Of a stretch of 34,324 bases of DNA, positions 23,001-34,296 are shown in pieces (positions within the stretch are counted from its first letter, which is position 1; every line of letters begins with the position of its first letter). The stretch spans positions 1-34,324 of the forward strand of contig MEDX01000040.1 in the NCBI GenBank assembly GCA_001724245.1, written 5' to 3'. The DNA is from Fonticula-like sp. SCN 57-25. Taxonomy: Eukaryota. A program made the translations under genes and the position numbers. Under the pieces are notes generated by a model. That model saw only the letters and a program-made list of their open reading frames with translations. It ran no database searches and had not been told where the DNA came from.

Positions 23001-23173
23001 GGTTGGTTAATCCAATGCGCATGGGGCGCATGGCGGAGAGGATCTACAGCATATTATTAATTTAAGGAGCGTGGCGTTGTCCGCTAGCCGACACGTCATG
23101 TTTCACAACGAGGTGTATTTTATGTCTATACGATATTTGTATTTGTTTATTTAAGGAATGTACACTGTGTGCA

Positions 23174-23688
23174 CTACTCGGAATGCGAGCGACTCGGCTT
23201 GTATGAATAGAGGCGCTTGGCCATAAGCACTGCGATATGATTTGCTCAGTCAAACAGATTGCAAATGAGCAATGAAACGTACATGCGCCGACAAGAGGTA
23301 CCAGCACGATGGGCGACATCGAACTGGACGCCACCTCGGTGGCAAAGAGGAACACCTCGAGCAAGTACGACACGACGCAGAGGCGGCGCATGACGGCACT
23401 CTCAAGAGAAACAGCCGTGCCGCCGCGGATAAACATATGGGCAAGGAACGCATGCCCAAAGAGACGCGCAGTTACATTGCCATCTGCGTGACTGGTGTTA
23501 GCTGACGGCGTGAATAGGCACTCGAACGCACTCAGGCCATTGACAAACATGACGGACAAGGCCTCCGGGCGGACAATGCTCGCCACAAAAATGGCCAAGT
23601 CGATAAAGGTGTTGCCGATAAGGAGCTTGCTCAGCTGAGGCCGCTCGCCTCCGCTCGCTGCATCTTTGCGACCGGACCCCTCTGCCAT
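23174..23688 (-). CDS. ERG28-like ergosterol biosynthesis membrane protein; one intron 23230-23282
   Basis: ARLFGHAFLAHMFIR...LCVVSYLLEVFLFATE resembles the Erg28 pattern ARTFGTWT.....IR....L...SY...L.HF..E. Small multi-TM protein; spliced stop at 23174-23176. Confidence 0.65.
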
Positions 23689-23839
23689 GATGTGGGCGAC
23701 GCTTGTTTTGGGTGCCTAGCTGAACGGACCAATGGCTAATCGCCATTCGATCAGGCAGCCAATGGCGTCTCTTCCGTTCGAAACATTTGGCGGCAAAATG
23801 GTCTACAATGCATTCGTTGTATTGAAACATGCCAAAAAT

Positions 23840-25503
23840 CTACTGTTGCGAGCCGCTGGGCTCCTCGTCATAGCCTCGCGCAACGCCTCGCCTTCCTTCT
23901 ACCGCCAAGGCCACGGGCGTCTCGCCCAGCCGCTGCTCCAGGCCCTGATACTGCCTCGAAGAGAGGAAGTCGCCCGCCGGTGACCAGCTCACCAGCGTCG
24001 AGCTCGCGTCCCGCACAACGACGGCCTGCCCAGCCTCGTTCTCCTCTGCAAACCGACAGTCAGTTTGCTGATAAATATCGAACGCAAATCGCGCACCTTT
24101 CCTCAAGCGGAATGACTTTACCGTCCCGCTGACGAGCGACTGGAACGACTCGGCCTCCTCCTCGTCGTCGTCGGGCCGCGTGCTGGACGCGATGAGGCGA
24201 GGGAGAACATCACCAATGTCGACAAGGTAGTCACCGGTCCAGTCCTTGCCCCTTTATCAGACTTTAGCATGGCATTAAACCAATGAAATTGCGTACGGCG
24301 TTAGCGCCAGCTCCAGTTCAAACGGCGTCACCACGGGCCTCATAAACTCCTACAAAAAAAGTTAAATGCCACGAAAAAGTATCAAATCCCATACCTTTGA
24401 ATCAATGATTGTATTCTCTGGGCTTGCTACGAGCACAAAGACGTCCACCTCCATAAAGTTGGCCATCTTTGCCGTGTTGAGCTTGCCCATGACGCACATG
24501 TACGACTTGCGGTTCGCGCGCTTTATCAACAACCTCAAATAATCGGCCACCTGCAGGTATCCATCTGCGCGCAAGCATAAGCCACATGGGCCCACAGTGT
24601 GCTGCTGCGTACCGATACTGAGCGACGAGACGATGATTCCAATCACCTCGGCGTCGCGCGCCTTTTGCATTAGGTAGTATCTCTTCATGAGCGCGCGGTT
24701 CACGTCCAGCGTCTCCTTGCGCGCCGTCCCCGTCGACGGGTCAAAGGTGTAGAAAGGCCACTTGTTGAGAGTGAGCATCAGGTGAGTGAGCGTGGCGCTC
24801 TCCCCACCGACGTAAAACACAGAGTAATCCTCGATCGCGTCGCCTTCCGGCAGCGACCACGTGCGACCCTTGCGCTGCGGATGCCATGGGTCGCTCTCGC
24901 CAGAAACAGAGGACACGGCCGACGTGGCGGGCACCTGCTCGGCCGCACGTGCACTGGACCCCGCCCACTCGAGCGCCACCTTGGACACCACCACGCGCGA
25001 GCTCGGATACCGCGACCGCAGCGCCGACTCTAGGGAGGCTATCACACAACGGGTCAGCTAAAGAACAAAGCGGGCCCTGGACTACCGCGCGTACGAATTG
25101 CGTGTGCGTAGATGACGTCGTAGAGGACGAGTACGGCGGTCGCATTGCCGACCTGCTCGCCAAACGCCGCCACTGCGTTGTCCACGTTGACCGGCAGCTG
25201 TCCAAAAACAAAGATAACCGGAAGACGGCAGCTAGGGTTCAGGCTCGCGCGCCCGTAGAGGACGATCGCCTGCGCCTGGACATGCTGTGCGGCCACCTCG
25301 TCGGGATCGGTGCTCGCAAACGTGTTGTCAGCCAGGATGAAAAATTTGGTCTCCGGAACAAGCTCGCTCATGGCCAGCGAGACGGCAACCGAGTCGCCGA
25401 CAAGCTCGTCGGGAAACTGGAGGGCGACGCGCTCATAGCCGCCGGCCCGGACGAGCGACGCCACGCGGGTCAGCTCAAACTGCGTCTCCATCGAGTCCGC
25501 CAT
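23840..25503 (-). CDS. DPH2: Diphthamide biosynthesis protein 2; about 5 introns
   Basis: YERVALQFPDEL, FILADNTF....DEVAAQHV, RYYLMQKARDAEVIGIIV, MGKLNTAKMANFMEVDVFVLVA.PE, VTPFELELAL; C-terminal GRRGVARGYDEE is typical of DPH2. Confidence 0.9.
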
Positions 25504-25539
25504 CGTGGCCACGTGGTAGAGTGACTGTGCCAAACCATT

Positions 25540-25568
25540 GAAGAGGTGCAGAAGAGGTGCAGAAGAGG
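25540..25568. repeat. Short tandem repeat (GAAGAGGTGCA)x2.6 in the DPH2/cyclin H divergent spacer
   Basis: gaagaggtgca gaagaggtgca gaagagg read directly from the sequence. Confidence 0.7.
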
Positions 25569-25575
25569 CGGCGCG

Positions 25576-26763
25576 ATGGTGGTGCCACTGTCGCTGCTCG
25601 AGGACTCTAGCCAGTTTCTGAGGTGGAGGTTTACCACCGAAGGGCTCGAAACGCGGCGTGCTAGTGTGAATGAAATTGCGCGCCAGCGGGTGGATGTCGC
25701 TCGCAAGGAGGAGGCGGTATGTCCATTGCAGTGTTGGTTGGTTGACGCTGATGCTTGCACCCGCGCCATCTAGGGTAGCGCTGGCGAGCAGCAAACCGGC
25801 GAGTACCTTACGGCCGAAGAGGAGTCCATGCTTTGTATGTATTACTTGCAGCTTATACCCAAAATATGCTCCAAGCACAAGCTGCCCGATACGCTAGCCC
25901 TCCGCGCCGTCGTCATCTTGCAGCGCTACTACCTGTCGAGATCGGTTGTTGACTACCACCCAAAGCACGCAGTGTGCGTGTTCTTTTGTAGGGATACATT
26001 ACGGTGCTGACTTTCTTTTTAGCCTTGTAGCTATTTATTTGGCTTTCAAGCTGGAAGGCACTGTTTTGAACATGCCTACGATGGCCACCTTCCTGTCCCC
26101 GATCTTTGAGGGCATGAAGGACGTGGACGCCAGCCTCGTTCCCATGCTTCAGCAGCTAGAGATGGCCATGCTCGAGGGTATTAATTTTGACCTACACATT
26201 CAGCTTCCACTCCCTGCCCTCACTGGGCTTCAGATGGATTTGCTGGTCCGCTCCCGCATTCTCGCTTCATTTGGTACTGACTTTGGATGTCCAGCAACGC
26301 CATACCTTCGACAATGACGTAATTCAGAATCTCTTTAAGAATGCCAGGAGGTGCGTTAAGTGCTATTGACGCTTTTTGGGCGCTTACATATTTCGCCGGG
26401 TAGCCGCCTTGCGCTGCTCATGCTCACGGATGCGCCGTTCGTGTACCAGCCTGCGCAGATTTCCTTTACGGCACTTCACCAGGCCGCCGTCGCGCTCAAT
26501 GTGCAGCAGACGCTCGAGGACTACGCCTTGAAAAAGTTCAACGACGACATCCTTGTTGGCGAGCTGTACAAGTGTGTACAAGAGATGGAGGCGCTTCAGG
26601 CGGCGTGGAACGCAGCCATGCCAAAGATCGACCGCCTCAAGCAGATTGACGCCAAGCTGGCGCTCTGCCGGAACGCAGCCAGCGACGTCGATAGTGTACA
26701 GTGCGTGCGCTTGAGTATTTGTCTGCTTTTGGCTAACAACGCTATGCTGCCAGAAATAAGTAG
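25576..26763 (+). CDS. CCNH: Cyclin H (CAK/TFIIH cyclin); about 5 introns, 3' end approximate
   Basis: SSQFLRWRFT..GL..RR..VN N-terminus, LTAEGE..L..YY, AVVILQRYYLSRSVVDYHPKH, IYLAFKLE, LEMAMLEGINFDL, LMLTDAPFVYQPAQI, LKQIDAKLALC. Confidence 0.78.
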
Positions 26764-27003
26764 GTGACAAGGCGAATAAAAGGAAAGCAAAGCCCCATGT
26801 ATCAATGTATTGTTGTTTGGTATTTGAGCAGAGGTGCACGGCGAGGCCGGGAGAGAACGCCACGGCCCGCCTTCATAGTGACACGCAAAGAGAGTATAAC
26901 CGCAACAATGCGGCTGCCCCGCTTTCAGTGCGGCAGAGCAGATACAAAAGGTGTCCTGCCCTGCGCGTGCAGGGAGACACAGAGGAATCCGTGTCCACAT
27001 TTC

Positions 27004-29428
27004 CTACGACGTCGACCACGGCCAGGTCTGCGCGGCATCCGCAGTTGAGCCCACTGCGCCCTGCTGGCCACCCCCAACAGCGCTGGGCGCCGCTGGCTGG
27101 TTGTAGGCCGCCAAAAGCTGCTGGAACTGCAGCTGCGCGACCTCGGCCGAGCTCGGCTGCGCGGCGGTCGTCATGAACTGCGCAGGATGGGGAGGGTACG
27201 CTCCGTAATAGTTGGGCGCATACGAGGTGGTGTACGGCGATGCGGGCTGCGAAAGTCCAAACTGCATAGGCTGAGACATCGCCATCTGCGGAGGAACCGC
27301 CGTCTGCATCGGCAAAGGAACCGCGGCCTGCATCTGCGGCTGAGGCGCAAAGTGACCCTGCGCCATCTGGGCCGGGTCGTACGACACGCTGTAGGACGGC
27401 TGGGCGGCCATGCCAGGGGCGACCGCCCACGAAGGCATCGGGATCGAGCTCGCCGCAGGGGGTGCAGGGGCGGTAGAGAGCGAAGGCGTCGGCACACTAG
27501 CGGCTTGCTGGTAAACCGGCGCGGTGGTGCTGTAGCTCGGCTGGTAAGCGCCCATAGGCTCGCGGAGGAAACCGCCCGGTCCACCGCCAAAGTTGGAGTA
27601 GCCCGTGCTGGGCGTCGCCGCGGCCGGTGCAAAAGTCGGCGGCTCGAGCGACTTTACAGCGTCATACATATCTCTAAAGTGCATCGGCGTGTCTGCGCCG
27701 GGTGACGGCGACGAGCGACCGGACATGGGGGCGGGGGAGGAGCGCTCCGATCCGATGGCGCCAACCGAGGGCGACGACACGGCAGACATTGACGGGCTTC
27801 GCGTGCGCTCCAGCACAGTGGAGATAGGTGGCAGCGAGGTGGAGCCGCCAAGCGCACACGAATCCACAATGGCGCAAATCTTGTGGGCGCGGTGAGAGGC
27901 AAAGCGCGCGTCCGCCGTCACCAGCGGGTACGGTTTTCCTTGCGCAACTGCAGGCAAAATGAGTCAAAAAAGAGGTAAACGGCAGTCAGCGCACCATTCG
28001 TAAACTCGAAAAAGACGACGGAGGCGTGGGCTTCCTCTTCTGGCAGGCTCAAACTGTTGCCGCCCCACGTCGACGAAAAGACAGTCGTCAGTACAGCAGA
28101 AAGCTCCTCGATCTCCTTGCTCACCCGCTGCCACAGCTGCTGGCGGCTAGGGTGCGCAAGCCACATGATCGACAGGTAGAGGGCTGGGAGCATCTTGGAC
28201 TCTGTATGCGCCATTGATTAGCAGAGCATTCGTATCTGTGTTCCGCGACGTACCGCGCAAAAGATGGGGGTCGCGGTGGGCCATGTGCTCCATCATGTCC
28301 GATGTGCACGCTTTCGCGAGGACGCTAAAGAGGCTTGCAAACGCATTGTGAGCCGCTGGCAAGCGACTTGACGCGTCCTTGCGCACAAGACACGCACCTA
28401 ATCCACGCGTCAGCTGGCTCAAAGAGTACCGAAATGTGCGTACCAGACGAAGGGTTCTCGAGCGCGTACACGGCCGCCATGGTCGACACCATAATCTGAA
28501 CAAATACCGATGAGAGCTGCTTGGTGTTGCGCGACTCGATCAAGTTGGCCAGGGCGGCAGCGGCGCCTTCGCTAGACATCGCCGACGAGTTCACATCCAA
28601 AAGAAGCGCGCTCAAAACGGCCTGAAAGGCGTTTGAAAATGAGCGGAGCGCCACGTCGCCTGAAGAAGCGGCGGTGCGATCTTTGCCGAGGGCGAGCTTG
28701 AGGTTTGCGCGACCCGTGAGGAAGGGCACGGGCACGCTGAGCGCCATCAGGTTGTAGTAAAACGCAAGCAAATCGTTCTTCTCATTCGATGCAATAACCA
28801 CGAGTCTGTTGTACGGGACGCCGTCCTCCGGGTACAGCACCACCGCGCGAGCGTAGCACTCCATGGCAGCGTCGAACGAGTGAGCCGACTTGACGCGCAG
28901 TTCCTCGCGGTAGCGCGCCAGATCGCCCATCGCAATGTACAGTCCGAAAAGAATACGCATGAGATGTGCTCTCTCGGGCGTCGGCTGCGCCGGCGACGTG
29001 CGGGCCGGCGTGCCAAGAACGGCAACGTCCGGGATACCGTGCGCGTGCAAAAGTTGGGTCACCAGCTCCGAGTAAAAGCCAGCGCCACGAAGCAGAAAAG
29101 TGGAAAGTTGGGCCTGTAGGGCGTCCCGTGAGCTCTTTCCTTCGGTGCCCTTTTGAGAATACACAGGTTAGTGCATCGGACACACGTAGCTGGCCACGCG
29201 CACCTTGTTGCGCAGGGCAGTCCGCGCGTGGGAGATGAAAGGGTAAAACGCCACCTTAAACAGCGTCCCGTCCACTCCCTCCTTCGCCGCCAGCGAAACA
29301 TCCTCCATAATCACTTGGCGGCAGGCGGCATGCATTTCTTCGCATGCCTTCATCGTCTCCTTAGCACTAGGCCCGTGCTGGGCCGCTGCGGCGGCCACGG
29401 CGTCCTCCGCCCGTCGCACCCGGTCCAT
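27004..29428 (-). CDS. EST1/SMG5-6-7 family 14-3-3-like TPR protein with a low-complexity P/Q/A/S tail (SMG7/Ebs1-like; no PIN domain seen); about 4 introns
   Basis: LFKVAFYPFI, FL..GAGFYSELV, YIAMGDLARYRE, AMECYARAVVLYPEDGVPYNRLVVIA, LLAFYYNLMALSVPVPFLTGRANL. The start codon is uncertain. Confidence 0.82.
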
Positions 29429-29699
29429 CAGAATACCCTAGCGGCTTCAAATATGACCAGCACAACTACCAATGAACAACGCCATCAACATGGCAATACA
29501 GTAAGAAGGCCTTGAAAGTAGAAGGTGACAGCGAGGAAAAATGCAGCTGCGCAAGACACTTGATCGAGACGCGGCAGCAGGCAGAGCTGATATGGCTGCC
29601 CGTCAAGTAGCCGCGGCCAATCAGCATGCGCTCTACTCCAGATTTTTGTTTAGTTTGTGCTTTGCCATCCACCAATAAGGACGCACAGCCAGCTATCTA

Positions 29700-30073
29700 T
29701 CGAGGGCAGCGTCGCTTGCTATGCCGCGTCTGACGACATTGAGGTGAGCGGCTTGCCTTTTGAGTGAAACCCGAGCAGGACTCTGCAAGTGAACCGCCGT
29801 TGCGACGCGTTTCTTTTGCCAGTCGCAGATGTATGCGGGATATAGCCCTATATTCTCCTCTGTCACGCCTTGTCTCCTCGAGGCAGGCATCTGTGTGTGC
29901 ACATGGCCGGCCCGACGTTGTTCCGCAGCGGCGGGACTCGTGGAAAAAGTATCTATTAAACCCGACGTCCGTAATTGCGGCCCGCGATGGGGTAAACATA
30001 GGGCACTTGGTCCCGTATCTCAATCCGATTGGCTCAATTAGGGGAATCCCATCGGTCCATTACCACAACAAGT
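29700..30073 (+). ncRNA. Candidate structured non-coding RNA with H/ACA-like features (identity unresolved)
   Basis: Multiple helices whose mismatches are G-U pairs only on the + strand. ANANNA (AAAGTA 29946-29951) follows a long hairpin, and a terminal hairpin is followed by ACA at 30068-30070. Confidence 0.5.
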
Positions 30074-30257
30074 AATATGGTGGCTTTAACAGGTTTCTAG
30101 AAAGGTGATTTGCCACACGTGACGGCGCCCAATGAGTTCATCGAATGGCGATTCGCTATCCAACCAATCGGCCGCGACGTTGCCGTCACTCGACTGTTGA
30201 TCCCATCTGCTACGCACGCGGCGCGAGTAGGAGGGAGAAAACCTTGGCTGCCCGAGA

Positions 30258-31524
30258 ATGGGAGTCGACCTGGGCCTCGACCCACTCCTCTCTTCGTTCC
30301 TATGGTTCGTGTCGTCTTTTATTTCTTTTTTCCAGAGATTTCAGATTTCCTTACCCTTTGTTTTTTCCTTTTAGGGGCGTCTTTTCTAGCATCTCGCTCA
30401 TCATTGGTGCGGCATGCGGGATCTACCTGAAGGTGCCGACAAAGGTCATCAGCATCATTATGGCCTTTGGCGCGGGAGCGCTGCTATTTGCCCTATCGAT
30501 CGAGATTTATGGCATAGCCATCTGCCAGTTTGAGAACGGCGGCCACACCGACCGCATCCCTATGCTCCTCTTGGCAGTTGGCTCGGTGCTCGGCGCGATT
30601 ATGTTTTCAGTTACAAACTACTTGGTCGAGACCAAGGGGGGCGTTTTCCGCACCATCGAGTGGGACAACGACTGGGTTTCCTCGGTGCTCGGCGTTTGCT
30701 TCCCCAAGTTCCGCCGCAGCGAATCGTTCCATGACCCTGATGACTCGACAGCGCCCAACATCGCCGTTTCCGACTCCACCGAGCCTGCAACGAGCGAGGA
30801 CCCGCTGATCCGTTCCTCCAGATACCGCAGCACGATGAGCGGATACGGCCGCGAATGTACGCCGATGCATGCGGGGCTGCGATTTTCTTCCTGCTAACCT
30901 TCTTGCTTAGCGTACGCTCTGCAGCCGCCGACTGCTCGCCAGAGCATGCGCATGAGCATGCGCCGCTCGGTTGTCATGAAGCACGACGACGGTATTCACA
31001 CGCACTCGCATGTGATCGACAGCAGCGTCGGCATGGCCATCTGGCTCGGCATGCTGATCGACAGCTTCCCCGAGTCGCTCGTCATCGGTATCCTGGCCAC
31101 GGCCGAGGGCGGCGTCTCGTTCGCCTTCATTATCAGCGTCTTTATCAGCAACTTTCCCGAGGCGATGTCGAGCTCTGCCATTCTGAGGCAGGCGCGCATG
31201 CCCCCGTGGAAGATCTTCCTCATGTGGTCCGCCATTGTCTGCGTCACCGGCCTTGGGGCGCTCGTCGGCGCGGTGTGCTTTAACGGTGTTCATGGCCGCG
31301 GACAGGAGCTCGCGGCAAAGACCATTGAAGGTCTCGCTGCCGGCGCCATGCTCGTGCTCATCGCCGAGGCCAACTTGCCCGTACGCCCGTTCATTTCCCA
31401 GGTTTCTTGCCACTCACGCTCGGGTGGATTATAGGAAGCATTCCACAACGCAGGAAGTGTGGTAGGATTCGCCACTCTGATGGGCTTCCTCACGGCATAC
31501 TTTATCAAGCTGATCGAGTTTTAG
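30258..31524 (+). CDS. ZIP (ZupT/ZIP11-like) divalent metal transporter; 3 introns
   Basis: SLIIGAACG, IMAFGAGALLFALSIEI, His-rich loop HDDGIHTHSH, GMLIDSFPESLVIG, VFISNFPEAMSSS, IEGLAAGAMLVLIAE..LP|EAF, GFATLMGF. Confidence 0.85.
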
Positions 31525-31917
31525 ACGACCAGCGTGAAAAAAATGACCATATAGATGGCCTTTCGGCGATAAATTTATCCACCGTTGGCATATGATTGAG
31601 TCCTCTTTAAAATGTTTCGCCTTTGAAGATGTTCTCTTGGCGATGCTCTTTTCTTTATTTTCCATGGTTTCCTTAATTTTGGACCTCTTTGTACAGCTGC
31701 AATATACCCTAATCAGTATGACATTGTTCAAGAAGAGGCTCAGCAGCAGCTCGCTCTCGGAAAAGACACCCGATTGGTGGTAGGGTTACCCATTTTTCGC
31801 TACCTCGAATGTTTTCAAGGGTGGCTGGTTTCATCTACCTGCTTTCAGTTCACTGGTAAACCACCCGTCCCGTACACAAGCAAGGCACGTCGGGCCCGAC
31901 TAGGCATCCTCGCCGCC

Positions 31918-33945
31918 ATGTTTTCGTCCAAGCCAAAGATGGACATCAGGGAGGTCCAGAACATTGCTGAAGGCCTCAAAAAGGTGTACAAGTTCAAGAT
32001 GCGGCCCCTTGAGGAGCACTACTTGTTCAATGAGTTCCACTCGCCGTTCCTGCTGGAAACGGACTTTGATGCCAAGCCCATGGTCCTGCTGCTCGGCCAG
32101 TACTCCACCGGTAAGACGACGTTCATCTCCTTTTTGCTGGACCGCGAGTTTCCCGGCGCGCACATTGGCCCCGAGCCCACCACCGGTACGTTTCGCCTCG
32201 ATCTCGCCATTGCTGGATGTGCTAACCTGTTGGCAAATCAGACCGCTTCATCGCCGTCATGCACGGCAAGGAGGATCGCGTGACGCCCGGTAACGGTACG
32301 AATGAGCACCGCTCCTTTTGAATGTACGCTGATCTCGATCTCTTCAGCGCTGGCCGTCCAGTCGGACAAGCCCTTCCGCGGCCTCGAAATGTTTGGTACC
32401 GGATTCCTGAGCAAGTTCCAGAGCGCGGAATGCGCTGCGCCGCTCCTTGAGGAGCTTACCTTTATCGACACGCCCGGTGTTTTGTCCGGTGAGAAGCAGC
32501 GCATTGGCCGCGCGTACGACTTTGTCAAGGTCTGCGGCTGGTTCGCCGAGCGCTCGGACCTTATCCTCTTCCTCTTTGACGCACACAAGCTCGATATCTC
32601 GGACGAGTTCAAGCGCGCCATCGAGTCGCTGCGCGTACGTCCACCTTTTAATGACCATAGATTTCCTGTTATTCACGTCATTTTTTTCTTTAGGGTCACG
32701 ATGAAAAGATCCGCGTCGTGCTCAACAAGGCCGACATGGTGACGCCGCAGCAGCTGATGCGCGTGTACGGCGCGCTCATGTGGGCCCTCGGCAAGGTCAT
32801 CCGCACACCCGAGGTGGTGCGCGTGTACATTGGCTCGTTCTGGAGCCAGCCGCTGCACAACACGGACAATGCCAAGCTCTTCCAGGCTGAGCAGGCCGAC
32901 CTTTTGCGCGACCTCCGCAACCTCCCGAGCAACTCGACCGTCCGCAAGGTCAACGAGCTCGTCAAGCGCGCCCGCCTCGCCAAGGTGCACGCCATCATCA
33001 TTGCCTCGCTCAAGAAGGAAATGCCCGCCGTGTTTGGCAAGAACTCGAAGCAGGACGAGCTCATCACAAACATCCGCAAGGAGTTTGACAAGGTCCAGCG
33101 CCAGTACAACCTGCCCCCGGGCGACTTCCCGGACGCCCAGGTCTTCCAGGACATTTGCAAGCGCTTTGACTTTAACAAGCACTTTCACAAGTACAACGCC
33201 AAGGTGCGCCTCTTTTTAGCCAGTATGTATAGGCATTAACTAACGCAATCCTTTTTCGCCCACCACAGCTCATCGACACGATGGAGGAGGTGCTCACGCA
33301 GGACCTGCCGAACCTCATGGCCAAGTTCCCCCCGGAGATGCTCCGCAAGGAAAAGTCGGGCACGGTCGCCGAGGTCATCCTGAGCTCGGACATGGGCTTT
33401 GCCGACCGCCTCCAGAACAGCGTCAATGCGCCGCCGCCGACGCCCGCCCCGGCCAGTGCGTCCACCCGCGCCCCCGAGCCCGCGCCCGCGCCTGCGCCTG
33501 GTACGCATTGACCGCTTGCTGGATCTATCGATTTATTGTATTTCTAATATCCCGCTTTCCTTCCAGCGCAAGCGGCTGTCCCGGCTGACCCCTGGACGGT
33601 CCCCGATTCTGAGCGGAGAATGCTCAGGGGCGACTTTTACGAGCTCGAGCCCGTCGAGGGCAAGATCACGGGCGAAAAGGCCAAGGGCGTTTTGCTCAAG
33701 ACCGGCCTCGCGAATGACCAGCTCAAGCGCATCTGGATCATGTCCGACATGGACAAGGACGGCAAGCTCGACCTCGAGGAGTTTATCGTTGCTATGACGC
33801 TCGCCAAGGTACGGCCGAACGAGGATGGGTGCTGTGTTTCAGATGGCTAATGATGCATGTGTAGGGTGTTGCGTTGGGCGCTCCGCTTCCGAGCCAGTTG
33901 CCCATGTCGCTGATGCCGACGTCCAAGATGGACACGCCCTTCTAA
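31918..33945 (+). CDS. EH domain-containing dynamin-like ATPase (EHD/RME-1/Past1) with C-terminal EH domain; 6 introns
   Basis: KPMVLLLGQYSTGKTTFI, IGPEPTT|DRF, PGN|AL, FIDTPGVLSGEKQRI.RAYDF, LFDAHKLDISDEF, RVVLNKAD, VRVYIGSFW. EH domain GKITGEKAK..LKRIWIMSDMDKDGKLDLEEF. Confidence 0.95.
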
Positions 33946-34182
33946 GCTCGGCGCCATGCGACTTATTCGATAGCCCTCGGGACCGTTCTGTTTTTCCGTT
34001 TTTGAAAGTCGTCGTTGTTATTACTTTCTCTTTTTCTTTTTGAGTTTACCTTTCAGTGAAGCTGCCTTTACGCAGCTGTCTTTGTCTCTAATAAAACGAG
34101 ATGCACACTATTATCATTGCTTGAAATACTTGGGCGACTTTGCACCACCCCTGCAGAATCACTCGAGGGGCACCGAACAACG

Positions 34183-34296
34183 ATGGGAAGCCTGAACAAG
34201 ATCGTGCTGCCGACGTCGGCGCTCTTCGCCGGCATGTGCCACGCACTGGTCACGGACCGCGAGGAAGTAATGGGGCTTATTCTTGGCACCTTTGAT
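34183..34296 (+). CDS. BRCC3: First exon of BRCC36-like JAMM/MPN+ K63 deubiquitinase; the gene continues beyond the window
   Basis: MGSLNKIVLPTSALFAGMCHALVTDREEVMGLILGTFD is followed by a GTACAT donor at 34297. It matches the BRCC36 N-terminus (..CLNHALSTEKEEVMGLCIG). Absent from the ORF track. Confidence 0.8.

Noticed and set aside
29553-29566. Minus-strand GATCAAGTGT matches part of U2 snRNA
   Set aside because: Only 10 nt match; the flanking U2 sequence (GUAGUA branch-pairing region, stem I) is absent.
29760-30010. RNase P/MRP or SRP identity for the structured RNA (GCCCTAT 29846 can pair with ATAGGGC 29998)
   Set aside because: The conserved CR-I GARAGUC / CR-V motifs and the SRP helix-8 motif were not found, so the RNA is left unassigned.
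29697-30075. Short ORFs (29697-30023 minus, 29764-30075 plus) in the structured region
   Set aside because: No recognisable protein features, non-ATG starts, and the region is better explained by RNA structure.
30305-30374. TTTCCTTAC U12-like branch sequence in ZIP intron 1
   Set aside because: The donor is GTTCGT, a U2 type seen in other introns here, and the motif is part of a pyrimidine tract.
31700-31795. Isolated telomere-like words (ACCCTAA, TAGGGTTA)
   Set aside because: Single copies with no array; expected by chance.
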